DNA of 62,995 nt, filler included, from Octopus bimaculoides (GCF_001194135.2; 5 parts of 5 records of this genome joined end to end with filler, not necessarily neighbours in it); one strand, 5' to 3'; positions 38,026 to 53,864 are shown, numbered from the whole stretch's first letter. The notes: generated by a model from the letters alone, not told the origin. Translations and numbers: made by a program.

Positions 38026-38219
38026 CTCGTTTTTGTGATACTCTTAACTGCTTGTTAATGTTAATGATCATCCTTGGGATATGACCCTGGAGGAAGCAAT
38101 TGCAACAATTTCTCCAAAACAAGTCAGGGGTCTGTTTGCAGATCTTCCCAATCGGGATTAGTTGCTTAAAAGCTACATACGAGCTTAAAAATGTTGATAT
38201 GTCTGTGTGTGTGTGTGTG

Positions 38220-38309
<90 letters not shown>

Positions 38310-38545
38310 CACACATAGCCATTATATATTCATATACACACATTTTATCTGAGACTGTAGATGCAGCTGTGCATGAAACATCTTACAACATACAAAAAGG
38401 TGTGTATGTAATATATATATGTGTATGCATATATATATATATATACATGCATATATGTATATATGTGTATATGTGTGTGCATGTGTTTGTGTGTGTGTGT
38501 GTGTGTACGTACATGTGTGTACATACATATACACATGTGTATATA

Positions 38546-38593
<48 letters not shown>

Positions 38594-40933
38594 GATATAT
38601 ATTTATACTTACACACATACACACAAATGTGTTATTAATGAACATCAATAAACAAAAAATACGGATCTATTTTAAAACGGGGGCCACATTTTTCATTAAT
38701 GTTTTACGTAGTGTTTTTGGTACGGAAAGACTTTCAATCTTCGTATACTTATGTTATAGAACAGAAAAATATTTTTGTATTCGAATTTATTTCATGTAAA
38801 AAATTGTCTTATTTCGATAATTTCAACCAATCACTGACAAGTATTCAGTTGTTTACATTTACTCCTTTGGCTGATTAAGCGATGTAAAGCGTATTTAATC
38901 TCCATACCTTCGTTTTATTTGCTTTTTTCATTTTAAATTTGCTTTAACCCTAGTTAATGAAAAATGTGGCCCCCNNNNNNNNNNNNNNNNNNNNNNNNNN
39001 NNNNNNNNNNNNNNNNNNNNNNNNNNNNNNNNNNNNNNNNNNNNNNNNNNNNNNNNNNNNNNNNNNNNNNNNNNNNNNNNNNNNNNNNNNNNNNNNNNNN
39101 NNNNNNNNNNNNNNNNNNNNNNNNNNNNNNNNNNNNNNNNNNNNNNNNNNNNNNNNNNNNNNNNNNNNNNNNNNNNNNNNNNNNNNNNNNNNNNNNNNNN
39201 NNNNNNNNNNNNNNNNNNNNNNNNNNNNNNNNNNNNNNNNNNNNNNNNNNNNNNNNNNNNNNNNNNNNNNNNNNNNNNNNNNNNNNNNNNNNNNNNNNNN
39301 NNNNNNNNNNNNNNNNNNNNNNNNNNNNNNNNNNNNNNNNNNNNNNNNNNNNNNNNNNNNNNNNNNNNNNNNNNNNNNNNNNNNNNNNNNNNNNNNNNNN
39401 NNNNNNNNNNNNNNNNNNNNNNNNNNNNNNNNNNNNNNNNNNNNNNNNNNNNNNNNNNNNNNNNNNNNNNNNNNNNNNNNNNNNNNNNNNNNNNNNNNNN
39501 NNNNNNNNNNNNNNNNNNNNNNNNNNNNNNNNNNNNNNNNNNNNNNNNNNNNNNNNNNNNNNNNNNNNNNNNNNNNNNNNNNNNNNNNNNNNNNNNNNNN
39601 NNNNNNNNNNNNNNNNNNNNNNNNNNNNNNNNNNNNNNNNNNNNNNNNNNNNNNNNNNNNNNNNNNNNNNNNNNNNNNNNNNNNNNNNNNNNNNNNNNNN
39701 NNNNNNNNNNNNNNNNNNNNNNNNNNNNNNNNNNNNNNNNNNNNNNNNNNNNNNNNNNNNNNNNNNNNNNNNNNNNNNNNNNNNNNNNNNNNNNNNNNNN
39801 NNNNNNNNNNNNNNNNNNNNNNNNNNNNNNNNNNNNNNNNNNNNNNNNNNNNNNNNNNNNNNNNNNNNNNNNNNNNNNNNNNNNNNNNNNNNNNNNNNNN
39901 NNNNNNNNNNNNNNNNNNNNNNNNATATATATATATATACATACATACATATATATATTTATATATAAGGTGCATTGGCAGTAACGTTAGCACGCCGGGC
40001 GAAATGCCTAGCAGTATTTCGTTTGCTGTTATGTTCTGAGTTCAAATTCTGCCGAGGTCAACTTTGCCATTCATCCTTTTAGGGTTGATTAAATAAGTAC
40101 CAGTTACGCACTGGGGTCAATATAATCAACTTAGCCCCTTTGTTCTTGTTTGTCCCTTCTATGTTCAGCCCCTTGTGGGCAGTAAAGAATTAAATATATA
40201 TATATATATATACACACACATAACTGACTGACGCTGTCTGTCTGTTTGTCTCTCTCTACTTTTCATTCTTACCTGACCTGGTATCTGTCTCTTTTTCTCA
40301 TTTTGCTTATCACCCTCACAACTTTTCTCTCTCCCTCTCTCATACACATTACACATTCTGTCTCTCTTATGCATAGTCTGTCTGTCTGTCTGTTTGTCTC
40401 TCACTCTCTCTCTCTCTCTCTGTGTCTCACTTTCTTTCACTCTACCTTTCTCTTTCATAATAATACAAAAATATATAAAAACTGTAAAACAGCCAAAGCA
40501 AAAAGAAATAAAAACAAACCGACAAAACAAAACAAAAAATGACAATAATATCATATAACAACAATAATAACAATATCAAATACTCTTATCTGTGTTCCTA
40601 AGTATTTTCCACTCAGTAATCCGGTGTGTTTAGTTAGAACTCCAAAACACAGTCTTCAGCACACATCAACCTGCCTTGTCTGAGAGTCGACTCAACGTTC
40701 TGACTCTTGTGGCATTCAAGAAAAAACCAGTTTCAATTTAAATTTTGAACTTTCAACTCTGTAAATATTTTATTATCTTGTTGTTGAAATGATTGGTGCT
40801 GTTGTTGTTGTTGTTGTTGTTGTTGTTCTCGTTTTTGTGATACTCTTAACTGCTTGTTAATGTTAATTGTTACTGCTATTCTAAATCACAAAATATTTCA
40901 TTATCTCATTTCGGTGTTTATATCATACTTCTG

Positions 40934-40966
<33 letters not shown>

Positions 40967-43879
40967 CCCCAAAACTGCCACTAACACCACCACAATCGTC
41001 ATTACCACCACCACCACCACCACCACCACCATGACTTATCATCGTCATTGCTGCCACCACCACCACGACTATTATCATCATCGTCATTGTCACCACCCCA
41101 ATGCTGCCACCACCACTGCTACTGCCACCACCATCACTAACACCACCATGATCATTGTCAACACCACTGCTCCAGTGCTGTCATCACCTTCATCGTCATT
41201 GGCAACAAGCTGGCATAATCAATAGAGCATAGCTTGGCATTATTTGTTCCAAATCTTTATGTTCTGAGTTCAAATCCTGCCGAGGTCATCTTTGTCTTTT
41301 ATCCTTCTGGAGTCAATCAAATAAAGTACCTGTCAATCACTGGGATCAGTGTCATCAACAAACCCCATTCCCTCAAATTTCTGCTCTCATGTCCTAAATT
41401 AGCCCCCAATATTTTTGTCTTTATATTCCGTCATTGGTGCTGTAGTTGCTGATGTTAATGTTGTTTAACCTCAGCTCATCCCTGCTTAAGCTGACCTGTA
41501 ATCAAAGACATCCCAGCTATGACCATCACGTTTATTTCCTGATCACATGGTTCTGGGTTTGGTCCTGCTGTGGAACACCTTAGACATGTCTCTTCTACTG
41601 TAGCCCCGGACCAACTGGAGCCTTGTGAGAGAAGTTGGCAGCTGCAAACTGAAAGAGGCCTGTTGAATGTGTGCATGTGCACATATGCATCTATCTGCAC
41701 AATTGTTTACAACTGCACTTATCCAAATATCACAGAGCTGCAAGTGGTGCCACTGTTGTCATTTCGTGTCAACAAACCATCTTCTGGCTCTGTGTCTTTG
41801 AAGATGTGAAATAAGAATCCCCTCCCCCTACCTCCCCTGGGGCTGGAAAAACAGGTAAAGGTTAGCTACAGAAAGAGCACCTGGCTGTAAAACAGTGCCT
41901 CAGTAATTAATATATTCATCAAACCCATGCTAGCCTAACCCAGGGCTATAATAAGACATTTGGCCCAAGGTGCCACTCTGTTGGAACTGGCCCTGTAACA
42001 ACACGGTTGGGAAAGTGAACTCTATGACCACACCATCATACCTGTACTTTATTATTTAGATTTAAATGGGGATGGTCATGGAAAAAAAAAAACTAAACAA
42101 AACAAAAATGAATATTTAGGACATTATTCAAAAGCTTCCTTCCTACTTGCAGATGAGGTAGGGTTGTAGTTTGGATAAGATTTAGCTTCTATTTCTAGCA
42201 GGGTGCATGACCAGATTCATGCTCCCTCAGTGAGTTGTCACTGTCCTTGTTACTTTTGTTGATATTGTTGTTCTTGGTGCTGTTGTTATGTCTATCTTTG
42301 TGTTGTTCAGACACAAATCATGTGAAATGTTCAAATTGTTGTTTTATAAATCCTCAATTGTCTTTTAAAGTTCTACTTTCAACCTGCACATGACAATGGT
42401 ATAGGAGGTAGTGGTGGTATAGTGAAAATGGTGGTGTTGATGACAGTGTTGATGTCGATAGGCTTGGTGATGTTGGTGATGTTGGTGGTAGTGGTGATGT
42501 TGGTGATGTTGGTGGTAGTGGTGATGTTGGTGGTGGTGGTGGTAGAAGTGGTGGTATTTCTGATTGTATTAGTAATGGAAGAAGTGGTGATGGTAGTGTT
42601 GGCGGTAGTGGTGAAAGTGAAGGTGGACGTAAAGGTGGTGATGTTCTTGATGGTGGTGGTGGTGGTGTTAACTCAATGCTGTTGATAATTGTTACAGTTG
42701 TTGTTGGTGTTGTAGTGCAACCCCTAAAACAACCCTGATCAAACAACCTTTTAAACCCCAACCCAGAAACCCTTTCGTTTTTGTTACATTTTATTCCTCT
42801 TAGAGAGTAATACTAAATCCTCGTTTATCTGCAGACCACTTTGTGCATGCCTAGACTTGCAATGTGAACTGCAGTCAATGCACTTTGATGGTCTGGACAT
42901 GTTTTCTTTTCTTTTCTACTCTAGGCACAAGGCCTGAAATCTTTGAAAGGCAAAGTTGACCTCGGCGGAATTTGAACTCGGAACATAAAGAGACGAAATA
43001 CTGTGAAGCTTTTCGCCTGGTGTGCTAACGTTTCTGCCAGCTCGCCGCCTTTTTTTTTTTTTTTTTTTTTTTTTACCCTGTAAGGATGAAAGGCAAAGTC
43101 GACCTCAGCAGAATCTGGGTTCAAATTCCGCCAAGGTTGACTTTGCCTTTCATCCTTTCAGGGTTGATAAATTAAGTACCAGTTGTGTATTGGAGTTGAT
43201 CTAATTGACTGACCTCCTCCCCCCAAATTTTGGGCCTTGTGCCTAGACTAGAAAAGATCTGGACATGTAAACCTGTTGTAGCTGTTTAGCCCTAGGTCGA
43301 CCCAAATTGAATACCCTTATGGTACACAGGGAGTTGGTTGAGCCCCCTGTATGTCACCCACAAATCTCCTTCAGTTGAATCTTCTTTTACTTGTTTCAGT
43401 TATTGGACTACAGCCATGCTGGAGCACTGTCACGAAGGGTTCAGTTGAACAAATTGCCCCCCAGGGCTTATTTGTTTTTTTAAAGTCCGGCGCTTATTCA
43501 ATTGGTCTCTTTTATTGAACTGCTAAGTTATGGGGGATGTAAAAAAACCAACACTGGTTGTCAAATAGCATGGGACAAACACAAAGAGACACACAAACGC
43601 ACATATTTACAATGGAATTCTACACAGTTTCTCTCTACTGAATTCCTCCAAATTCCTTTACAAGGCATCGGTCAGCCTTGGGCTATACTAGAAGACACAC
43701 CATCCAACCCATGCCAGCATGGAAAACAGATGTTAAATGTTGAGGATGATAATAAGGTGTTATTTGAGGAAGAGTTTGCTGTGTGACATAGTGGTAATGT
43801 TAGTGTTGGCGTATTGGTGGTAGTGGTGTTGGTACAGTGGTGATCATAGCTGAGGTAGTAGTAGTAGTAGTTATAGTAT

Positions 43880-44185
43880 GGCTTGGCTCTCCATTGGTTA
43901 CAACAATGAGAGTTCCAGTTGATCCAATCACTGGAACAGCCTGCTCATGAAATTGACATGCAAGTGGCTGCGTACTCCACAGACATATGTATCCTTAACA
44001 TTGTTCTCAGGGAGATTCAGCACGACACAGAATGTGACAGGTACAACTCATTTTTGCTCAGTTGAGTGGACTGGAGCAACATGAAATAGAGTGTCTTGCT
44101 GAAGAACAGAAAGCGTTGTCGGGAATTGAACTCATGACTTCCATGGTTGTGAGCTGAATGTCCTAACTGGTAAGTACCACATGCA
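43880..44185 (-). mobile_element. tRNA-derived SINE, family D
   Basis: Minus-strand head with GAGTTCAATTCCC. The body is shared with about 50357-50500. Confidence 0.55.
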
Positions 44186-44582
44186 TTCTCGATAGCAGTA
44201 TAGGTAGTAGTAGCAATATCAGGATTGGTAGTGAGGGTGGTTGTGTTGGTGTTGGTGGTAGTTTAGCTATTTATGAGGTGCAAAAGTCGTTAGGGTGGAG
44301 TGATTCGTAGTAGTAGTGAAATTGGTAATAAACAACAACAATAGCACCAACAACAACATTGCTTTTAAAAAAATTGGCCATTGTTATTTCTTTCTATGGA
44401 GCACATCATATGTTGAGCAAGTCTTTTGTACACCCAGGCCATGTGTATGTCCTGTGACTGTTAACTAAATGAAGCAAGTGATGATTTTGTTAGCTCTTAT
44501 AAAAACCTCGTTATTGATAAAAAGATTTTTGTAATTATTTGTAACAAAAATAGCCAACAACAAATGAAAACAAAGTATAAAT

Positions 44583-44639
<57 letters not shown>

Positions 44640-44705
44640 TGTATGCATACACACACATACATAGGTATCTATACATATATTTATGTGTATATGTGTGTAT
44701 CTATG

Positions 44706-44755
<50 letters not shown>

Positions 44756-44851
44756 CACACATTTGTGTGTGTGTATATTTTTTCTAATACATATATACAT
44801 TTATGTGTGTGTGTGTATATATATATGTATGTGTGTGTATGTATGTATGTG

Positions 44852-44882
<31 letters not shown>

Positions 44883-45151
44883 TCACATGTACGTATGTGT
44901 GTGTGTGTGTATGTATATGCGTTTGTGTTTATGTTATTGATCTATCTTGCTTTATCTGTCTGTCTCTCTGTCTATCCAGCCATCCATCCATCGGTTTGGT
45001 TGTATGGTTAAAAGTTTACTTTGCAACTATTTGGTCTTAGGTTCAGTCCCACTGTACAACACCTTGGGTAAATGTTTTCTATTCTAGCTCCAGGTTGACT
45101 AAAATCTCGTGAATGGGTTTGGCAGATGGTAACCGAAAGAATCCAGTTGTA

Positions 45152-45202
<51 letters not shown>

Positions 45203-45464
45203 TTGCCTCCTTGTCTGGATATCGTATGATAATCGTTAATGTATGTCACTGTCATACAAACAGTGTCATTCATTTCTAATGTTCTGCAAGAACATGTCTT
45301 GCCCACAGCTTCTGTTTACCAAATTCCACTCACAAAGTATTAATCAAACCTGAGGCAAAGTTGAGGAAATGGTTCTAACATAGGATTTGAACCTGGAACC
45401 ATTGATTTGTGATGCAAACATCTTAACCACAGACACACATACAATTTATTTGTGAGGTACACTT

Positions 45465-45712
45465 CTGACCACACAGGTACACTTCTGATCACACAGGTAT
45501 ACTTCTGACCACACAGGTATACTTCTGATCAAACAAGTACACTTATAACTACACAGGTACACTTATGACCACACAGGTATACTTCTGATCACACAGGTAC
45601 ACTTTTGACCACACAGGTATGCTTCTGATCACACAGGTACACTTCTAACCATGCAGGTACACTTCTAACCACATAGGTACACTTCTGACCACACAAGTAC
45701 ACTTTTGACCAC
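45465..45712. repeat. 20-bp minisatellite (about 12 copies)
   Basis: Repeated ACACTTCTGA(C/T)CACACAGGT. Confidence 0.9.
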
Positions 45713-47327
45713 GCACACACAGACACACACATACACTTTAGTGAGAGCTAACAGAGATGTTTAATAAATATTTTGTATGATATTGTGGTCTTGGAAGGGT
45801 CATTATGCCAATAATGATAAACACATGCACTGGTTCAATATCACTTCTTTGTTGATAGTCAATCAGTTAAATATCTAATCAACTAATTGATTGTTTGTAC
45901 AACAATGAATCGGTTGTTGTTAGTCAAAGTTCTTTTGATGCTTGTATGATATTGGCTTTTTAAAGTATAAAATGTCAGAAACTAATATTGGAAGATAACT
46001 AGCACAGTGGTGGTAGTGGTTGTTATTGTTGCTGTTGAACTTTAGGGTAAGCTCTGGTTAAGCAGATTTACATTCGAAGATGTTCCCGATGTGGCCATCT
46101 CATTTTTATCAAGGACTAGCTAATATATCCTTTCATTATTACAAAAGGTGGGTGTGATTTCTTGCAGTTTGAGGGGTGGCATAGAGACTTAGTTTTAGTT
46201 CAACTCATGGTTAACCGCATTGCGAAAAAATGAATAATTATGTTTTAAAGGTTTAAGGGACATGCCTGTGGTGTTTGTAGGGCCTTTGACACAAAACACT
46301 TTAAGGTGTTTGAGTAATCACGAGAATTTCAACAGTTTGGGAGACTTTGACTGCCAAAAATTCTAATTTTGGCACAAGGCCATCAATTTTGGTGTAAGGG
46401 CTAAGCTGATTATACCAGGACCAGTGTTCAACTGGTACTTATTTTATTGACCCCAAAAGGATGACAGGCAAAGTCAACCTTGGCAGAATTTGAACTCAGA
46501 ATGTAAAGTTAAAAGAAATGCTGCTTAGCATTTGGCCTGGTGTGGTAACAATCCTCTCAAATTTCCACAATAATAATAATAATCTTTTCTACTATAAGCA
46601 CAAGGCCTGGATTTTGTAGGGAGGGGGCAGTTAATCACATCGACCCAGTACGCAACTGGTACTTAATTTATTGACCCTGAAAGGATGGGAGGCAATGTTG
46701 ACCTCGGTGGAATTTGAACTCAGAACATAGCAGTAGATGAAATACTGCTAAGCATTTCACCCAGCATGCTAACGATTCTGCCAGCTTGCAACCTTAATAA
46801 TAATAAAAAATTTAGGTGCAAGACCAGCAATTTTGAGAGGAGTAGGGGGCAGTCAGTATTGTGAACCCCAGTACTTGATTGGTACTTAATTTCATCAACC
46901 TTGGTGAGATGAAAAGCAAAGTTAGTCTCAGCAGGGTTTGAACTCAGAACATAACGAGCTTGAACAAATCTGACAAAGTATTTCCCCCCATATTCTAACC
47001 ATTCCGTCAATTCAGAGCCCTGTCTCCAATATGGCTGTGTGTCTTGAAATTCAGTGGGCGGAGGGTGAGTCAGTTCAACCAATATCAGCATCTTGTATCT
47101 CGGTACTCGACTGGTATGCGTTTTATTGACCCAGGATGAATGAAAGGCAAAGCTGACCTCGGTGAGACTAAATAAATAGAAAGCATTTGTATTCTGTCTG
47201 ATGCTCCAACGAACTTACCGATTCCATGTTTCCTCTTAGAACATGTGATAGCTTTTGAATAGTCGACCTTCTTTTTAACTGAAGTTAGCACTTGATGAAC
47301 CCGCTGTCTGCTTTGTCTGATAGCTAC

Positions 47328-47382
<55 letters not shown>

Positions 47383-47568
47383 TTATACACATCCATAGAG
47401 CTACACAGGCATTCCATATATATATGTGTACACACACGCATATATAAATACACACACATACATAAATACAAACATACATATACGCACACACATAACTACA
47501 GATTTTATTACATTTTATCTTATCTTTGTGGTATTTTTATTCACTTATATATGTGTAAATTATGTATA

Positions 47569-47601
<33 letters not shown>

Positions 47602-50135
47602 GTGAGGGTGTTTTATCTGTGCTATAAGCATGACAGCTAACAGTCTCCTGCTTAGATAACACTCATATTGTAATGAGACTGATGATGATGCCGACAGCGA
47701 AGATGAAGATGATGATGGTGATGATGATGATGATAACAACAGCCTTAATGAAGCCATCTTGTATAGGGTGTCAGGTGTTGATATAAATATCACTTGCAAC
47801 GCCATTGTATGTGTGCACACACACACACATGCACATATTCATACATATGGTTATAAACAGAGTAGTTACTTCACGTATGTGAATGTGTCTGCGGCTGCTT
47901 GTGAGTGCTACTGGTAACATGTAACCCAGTACAACCTGGTGCATGGTCAGGTTATCAGTGACTAAACTGGCAAATGGTGACCCTCATCGTGTAAGCTTGA
48001 AGAGGTTGATTCTGGACACTTAAAAGGATGATAAACAAGACCACCCAAAGGATGGATGAACAGAAGTGGGAGAATCATTGTTCATCCAAAATGAGGACAG
48101 AGGCACATGAAATATCCCTGTGTATGTTAAGCTGCAATTTGGAGTGACGGGGGATGGTGCGCTTTCTGATTGTTCATGGCAAGAATGAACAATTCCTTGA
48201 TGTCACATAACTCTTCTCCAGTATGACTGTACTTATTTACAGTATTCATTCAGGGTGGGTTGAGCTGGTTCCTGCCAAAGAGTTCACCATGTTTCTCATG
48301 AATGTCGACCACATCTGATGGTCAGTCACAGCTGAGGCTGTAAAGTAATGCTTCTGCTTGCAGCCCACAAGTCCAGCTTGTAAATTTGTCCACTTCCCCA
48401 TTGGGAGAGCAAGTGGACACTGTAGTTGTCATTTGCTGTTGAGATGTAGAGGTCATGTTTGGATTTTCAGTGAGAGAAGTTCACATGTGGTTACATGCAC
48501 GACTGTTCACTGAGATATCAAACAAAGAGAATACGCATGTCTCTGAGGTACGTGTACAACGATTCAGTGAGTGTACATATGTATGTTTAAAACTGGTGTC
48601 ATTGTCTATGTTGAGTTCATTTATGTCCCTTGACACACTTAGCAGTTCAACAGACAGATATTGATAATTTCAGAACAAGACTAACATAAGCATGAGGGGC
48701 AATGGGGGGTGGTGGATGTGTGTGTACAATATGATAGAATAACAGCCTGGAAGACAGTGCTCCAGCATGACCTAGGACGAACAATTGAAATCAGTAAAAA
48801 GGAAAAGAAAACACACACACACACACACACACATACACAAACACTCAGGCATACACACACCTTCATGTGCACATATGTGTGCATGCACGCACACACACAC
48901 ATTTAATTCCATGAAAGCCTTTCTGAAATACACAGAAGGGTCAGCAGATAGATTTATATCAAGACTTCGTTATCAGTTTTACCTTTTGGCTATCTTAGTT
49001 ATTACAGACTCTTGAGAAGTCTCAGACTGCAGCTGACTGCCAAAACCTTATTTAAAATCCATGCGATTGGTCAATGTTTTATATGTATGGCAGATGAAGT
49101 CCAACTCAACGGAACAATTTGATTGGCCAATGTAATATAGATAGACACATTGGAGAACTGTGTGGCCTTTTGAGGAGTCAGGGCCATAAACTTACTTGAA
49201 TATATTGTAGCATGTATGTTTACAGCTATTTCTTACATAACAAGATGCTATCCCCNNNNNNNNNNNNNNNNNNNNNNNNNNNNNNNNNNNNNNNNNNNNN
49301 NNNNNNNNNNNNNNNNNNNNNNNNNNNNNNNNNNNNNNNNNNNNNNNNNNNNNNNNNNNNNNNNNNNNNNNNNNNNNNNNNNNNNNNNNNNNNNNNNNNN
49401 NNNNNNNNNNNNNNNNNNNNNNNNNNNNNNNNNNNNNNNNNNNNNNNNNNNNNNNNNNNNNNNNNNNNNNNNNNNNNNNNNNNNNNNNNNNNNNNNNNNN
49501 NNNNNNNNNNNNNNNNNNNNNNNNNNNNNNNNNNNNNNNNNNNNNNNNNNNNNNNNNNNNNNNNNNNNNNNNNNNNNNNNNNNNNNNNNNNNNNNNNNNN
49601 NNNNNNNNNNNNNNNNNNNNNNNNNNNNNNNNNNNNNNNNNNNNNNNNNNNNNNNNNNNNNNNNNNNNNNNNNNNNNNNNNNNNNNNNNNNNNNNNNNNN
49701 NNNNNNNNNNNNNNNNNNNNNNNNNNNNNNNNNNNNNNNNNNNNNNNNNNNNNNNNNNNNNNNNNNNNNNNNNNNNNNNNNNNNNNNNNNNNNNNNNNNN
49801 NNNNNNNNNNNNNNNNNNNNNNNNNNNNNNNNNNNNNNNNNNNNNNNNNNNNNNNNNNNNNNNNNNNNNNNNNNNNNNNNNNNNNNNNNNNNNNNNNNNN
49901 NNNNNNNNNNNNNNNNNNNNNNNNNNNNNNNNNNNNNNNNNNNNNNNNNNNNNNNNNNNNNNNNNNNNNNNNNNNNNNNNNNNNNNNNNNNNNNNNNNNN
50001 NNNNNNNNNNNNNNNNNNNNNNNNNNNNNNNNNNNNNNNNNNNNNNNNNNNNNNNNNNNNNNNNNNNNNNNNNNNNNNNNNNNNNNNNNNNNNNNNNNNN
50101 NNNNNNNNNNNNNNNNNNNNNNNNNNNNATATATG

Positions 50136-50169
<34 letters not shown>

Positions 50170-53100
50170 TCCGACGGGCTTCTTTCAGTTTCCATCAACC
50201 AAATCCACTCACAAGGCTTTGGTCAGCCTGAGGCTAGAGTAGAAGACACTTGCCTAAGGTGCCACACAGTGGAATTGAACCCGGAACCATGTGGTTGGCA
50301 AGCAAGCTACTTACCATACAGCCACTCCTATGCCTATACATATATATATATATATGTTGTGGCACTCCATCAGTTATGGAACAGCCTGCTTATGAAATTA
50401 ACGTGCAAGTGGCTGAGTACTCCACAGACACGTGTACCCTTAACGTAGTTCTCAGGTGAGATTCAGCATGACATAGAGTGGCCCCTTTGAAATACAGGTA
50501 CAACAGGAAGAAAGAGTGAGAGAAAAGTTGTGGTGAAAGCATACAGCAGGGCTTGCCACTAACCCCTGCTGGAGCCTCGTGGAACTTTAGGTGTTTTCGC
50601 TCAATAAACACTCACAACGCCCGGTCTGGGAATTGAAACCACCATCCCACAACTGTGAGTCCACTGCCCTAACCACTAGGCCATTGTGCCTCCATATATA
50701 TATTACTCTTTTACTCTTTAACTCTTTTACTTGTTTCAGTCATTTGACTGTGGCCATGCTGGAGCACCACCTTTAGTCGAGCAAATCAACCCCAGGACTT
50801 ATTCTTTGTAAGCCTAGTACTTATTCTATCGGTCTCTTTTTGCCGAACCGCTAAGTTACGGGGACGTAAACACACCAGCATCGGTTGTCAAGCGATGTTG
50901 GGGGGACAAACACAGACACGCAAACATATACACACACATACATATATATACATATATATACACAAATCCACGCTTATTAATCAATATGTATTAATTTATG
51001 CACACACATGCAAATTAATAAACAATCTGACACATTTTTTACATACACACACACAGATACATGTAGGATTAAAAAGAAAAAAATTGTGTCAGTGTTTGAT
51101 ACACGTGTGTGTGTGTGTGTGTGTATATATATGTGTGTGTATGTGTGTGAATGTATGTGTGAATGTGCAAATATACGTGTGTGTGTGTGTGTAAATGTGT
51201 GAATGTATGTGTGACAGTGAATACGTGAATGTGTATGTGTGTGAATGCATGAATATGTGTGTGTGTGTGTGTGAATGTGTGTGTGTGTGTGTGAATGCAT
51301 GTGTGTGTGTGAATGCATGTGTGTGTGAATGCATGTATGTATGTATGTGTGTGTGTGTGTGCACGTGNNNNNNNNNNGTATGTATGTGTGTGTGTGTGTG
51401 CACGTGTGTGTGTGTGTGAATGCATGTGTGTGTGTGAATGCATGTGTGTGTGAATGCATGTATGTATGTATGTGTGTGTGTGTGTGCACGTGTGTGTGTG
51501 TGTGACAGAGGAGTGCTAGTGTAACTTGAATGCCACTGAGGTGTATATATGATCCATTTAGTGTGGGTGGTTCCGTTCTGTAACTCGAGTTTTAATTACT
51601 TTTGAAACCATGGAGCCAGATACTTTGGGTATTGCGCAACGTCTAACCTCCAGGCCCAACCCAACAACCACACAAACTGTGCATCAATGCTGTACACTTA
51701 TTGATAGTGTCTGTACGTAATTCCACCGAGGTTGACTTTGCCTTTTTTTTGGTGGGGGGAGGGAATCGATAAATGAAGTACCAGTTGCGTACTGGGGTCG
51801 ATCTAATTGACTGCCCCCCCTCCCCTAAAATTTCAGGCCTTGTGCTTAGAGTAGAAAAGAGTGTCTTTACATAGTTGTTTGACATGCTAGAAATAGTAGC
51901 CTGATCTCCTCAATCAGTAGCTTATAGTATCAAAAAATGAAGGCTGTTGTGGACAATAAAATACTGGATATACTATGCCTAAAAATTGCTGTTTCAAATC
52001 TTGAGTGAACAACTCTTTGAGGGGAGGGGGTGAGTTGATTAGATTACTCTCTCCTACCCACTACTCGTTTGGTACTTTATTTTGAGTCTGAAAGGATGGA
52101 AAGCCAGGGTTGATTTTAGTGGGATTTGAACTCTGAATCTAAAGAGATGCAACCAAATGCCAAAAGGTATTTCTCCAATGCTCTAACAATTCTATCAGCT
52201 CCTTATTGTTATTGTTGTTATGATAATAACCCTTTCTACTATAGGCACAAGGCCTGAAATTTGTGTGTGTGTGTGGGGGGGGGGACCAGTTGATTACATA
52301 GACCCCAGTGTTTCACTGGTACTTAATTTATCGATCCTGAAAGGATAAAAGGTAAAGTCGACCTTGGTGGAATTTGAACTCAGAACACAGAGATGGGTGA
52401 AATACCGCTAAGTGTTTCATCCAGCATGTTAATGATTCTGCCAGCTCCTTGCCTTAAATGGTTTCAAATTTAGGAACATGCACAGCGATTTCAAGGGGTT
52501 TCTTTGTTGTTGATGCATGGTTAAAAGAGAGAGAGTCTCTTGACAAACTGTTTCAGTTTGTTGACTATTCCTCAGAGATATACTTAGCTTCCTTTCCCAG
52601 TCTATAGATATTGTTCAACCCTTTTGATACCAGCCCCACCTCAAATTTTTTCTTGGTTCTATGATACAGACTTCCTGTTTTAAATTGATTTAAATTAAAA
52701 CCTTCCATCAAAATTTAATCCTTAAACAGAAGACATCATCAATTGATGTTTCAAAAATTTTACATGGATATGACCATCATGAAAGGAAAGTGAATATTTT
52801 ACGGCACTTTTTGATAATGAGATTTTAAATTTTATTCTGCAAGAGGCCAATAATTATTACAGAAAATTACCCTAAAAAAGAAGAAACCATTTCTTGTTTT
52901 TTGCTCATTTGGCACACACATTCATGTAACTTTTTCCTGCCATTTAAGGATTAATTATGGCAAAAATTCTTCATTATTTCCAAAATTATCTGAAATAAAG
53001 TCAAACAAGATTGTTGTTATTTAGACTCAAGTCAGCTCCATTCCTGTAGACCCCTAACTAAAACCATTCCTACCCTGATTATTTCATCACATATTTGAAC

Positions 53101-53864
53101 ACAGTACAATATGTTAGGTAGGAGTAACACAAGGCTTCATGATATACCCTTTTCAACTTCTGCAGGGTACACCTTATGTCAAAATTATACAAACAGATTT
53201 TAACTAAAAATTTTGTAACATAATCTTTAGGTTTCTGTTAGTTTGAAAAATTTCAATTCTTTCTCATTTTCATTAAAGTTTGATAAAATTGGGCAGTTCC
53301 TTGAATTTTCAATGTATGAAAATAACAAAGTTATTTAAGTCAACGTTTTTGACAAATACAGTTTTTGTCTGAAGCCAGCATGGAAGGCAGACATTAAACG
53401 ATGACGATGATGATGATTGTTATATAAAATTTAGAAGAATAATAAAATTATTTTGTGATTAATTTTTTGTAATATTTAGAAATTCTGAAAAACGAATGGG
53501 ACTAGATAGGTCACACAGTAGGGAGACCTCCAAGCAATATTGTAAGACAAATGTAAAATTATCTTTTAATAATGGATTAAGATTTATGAGTGACATCTCT
53601 TAAGGCTGGTGAGAGACATTCATTTATGGTGTCTGCTGTCCTTCATGTGACATTATTTAAGTAGTGGGGCTACATTTATCTCTTAAGGCTGGTTGTGAGA
53701 CTCTAAACCAGTGTTTCTCAACCTTTTTACCTTTGTGTAACCCTTAAAATAAATTGCATGTCTCAAGGACCCCCACCCTGCAAAGAAATACAATATATAC
53801 CATATCTATCTCATATGTTTTTCATCATAGTTCACATGATAAATATCATATATATATATATCAA

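Noticed and set aside
37941-38066. Near-exact duplicate of 40762-40864, differing in (GTT)n length (about 16 vs 9 units)
   Set aside because: Starts exactly at a 10-N gap; most likely an allelic or misplaced contig end.
38928-40039. Long ORFs spanning N runs (also at about 1.1-1.9, 7.5-8.2, 8.8-9.5, 26.2-27.1, 29-30.2 and 49.2-50.4 kb)
   Set aside because: Open only because N is translated as X.
42354-42761. Pro/Thr/Ser-rich and Val/Met-rich ORFs (also the His/Thr-rich ORF at 40854-41225)
   Set aside because: Degenerate (GGT/GAT) and (CAC) trinucleotide low-complexity DNA.
45465-45712. Regular short repeats considered as a CRISPR array
   Set aside because: Head-to-tail units with no unique spacers, eukaryotic context and no cas genes.
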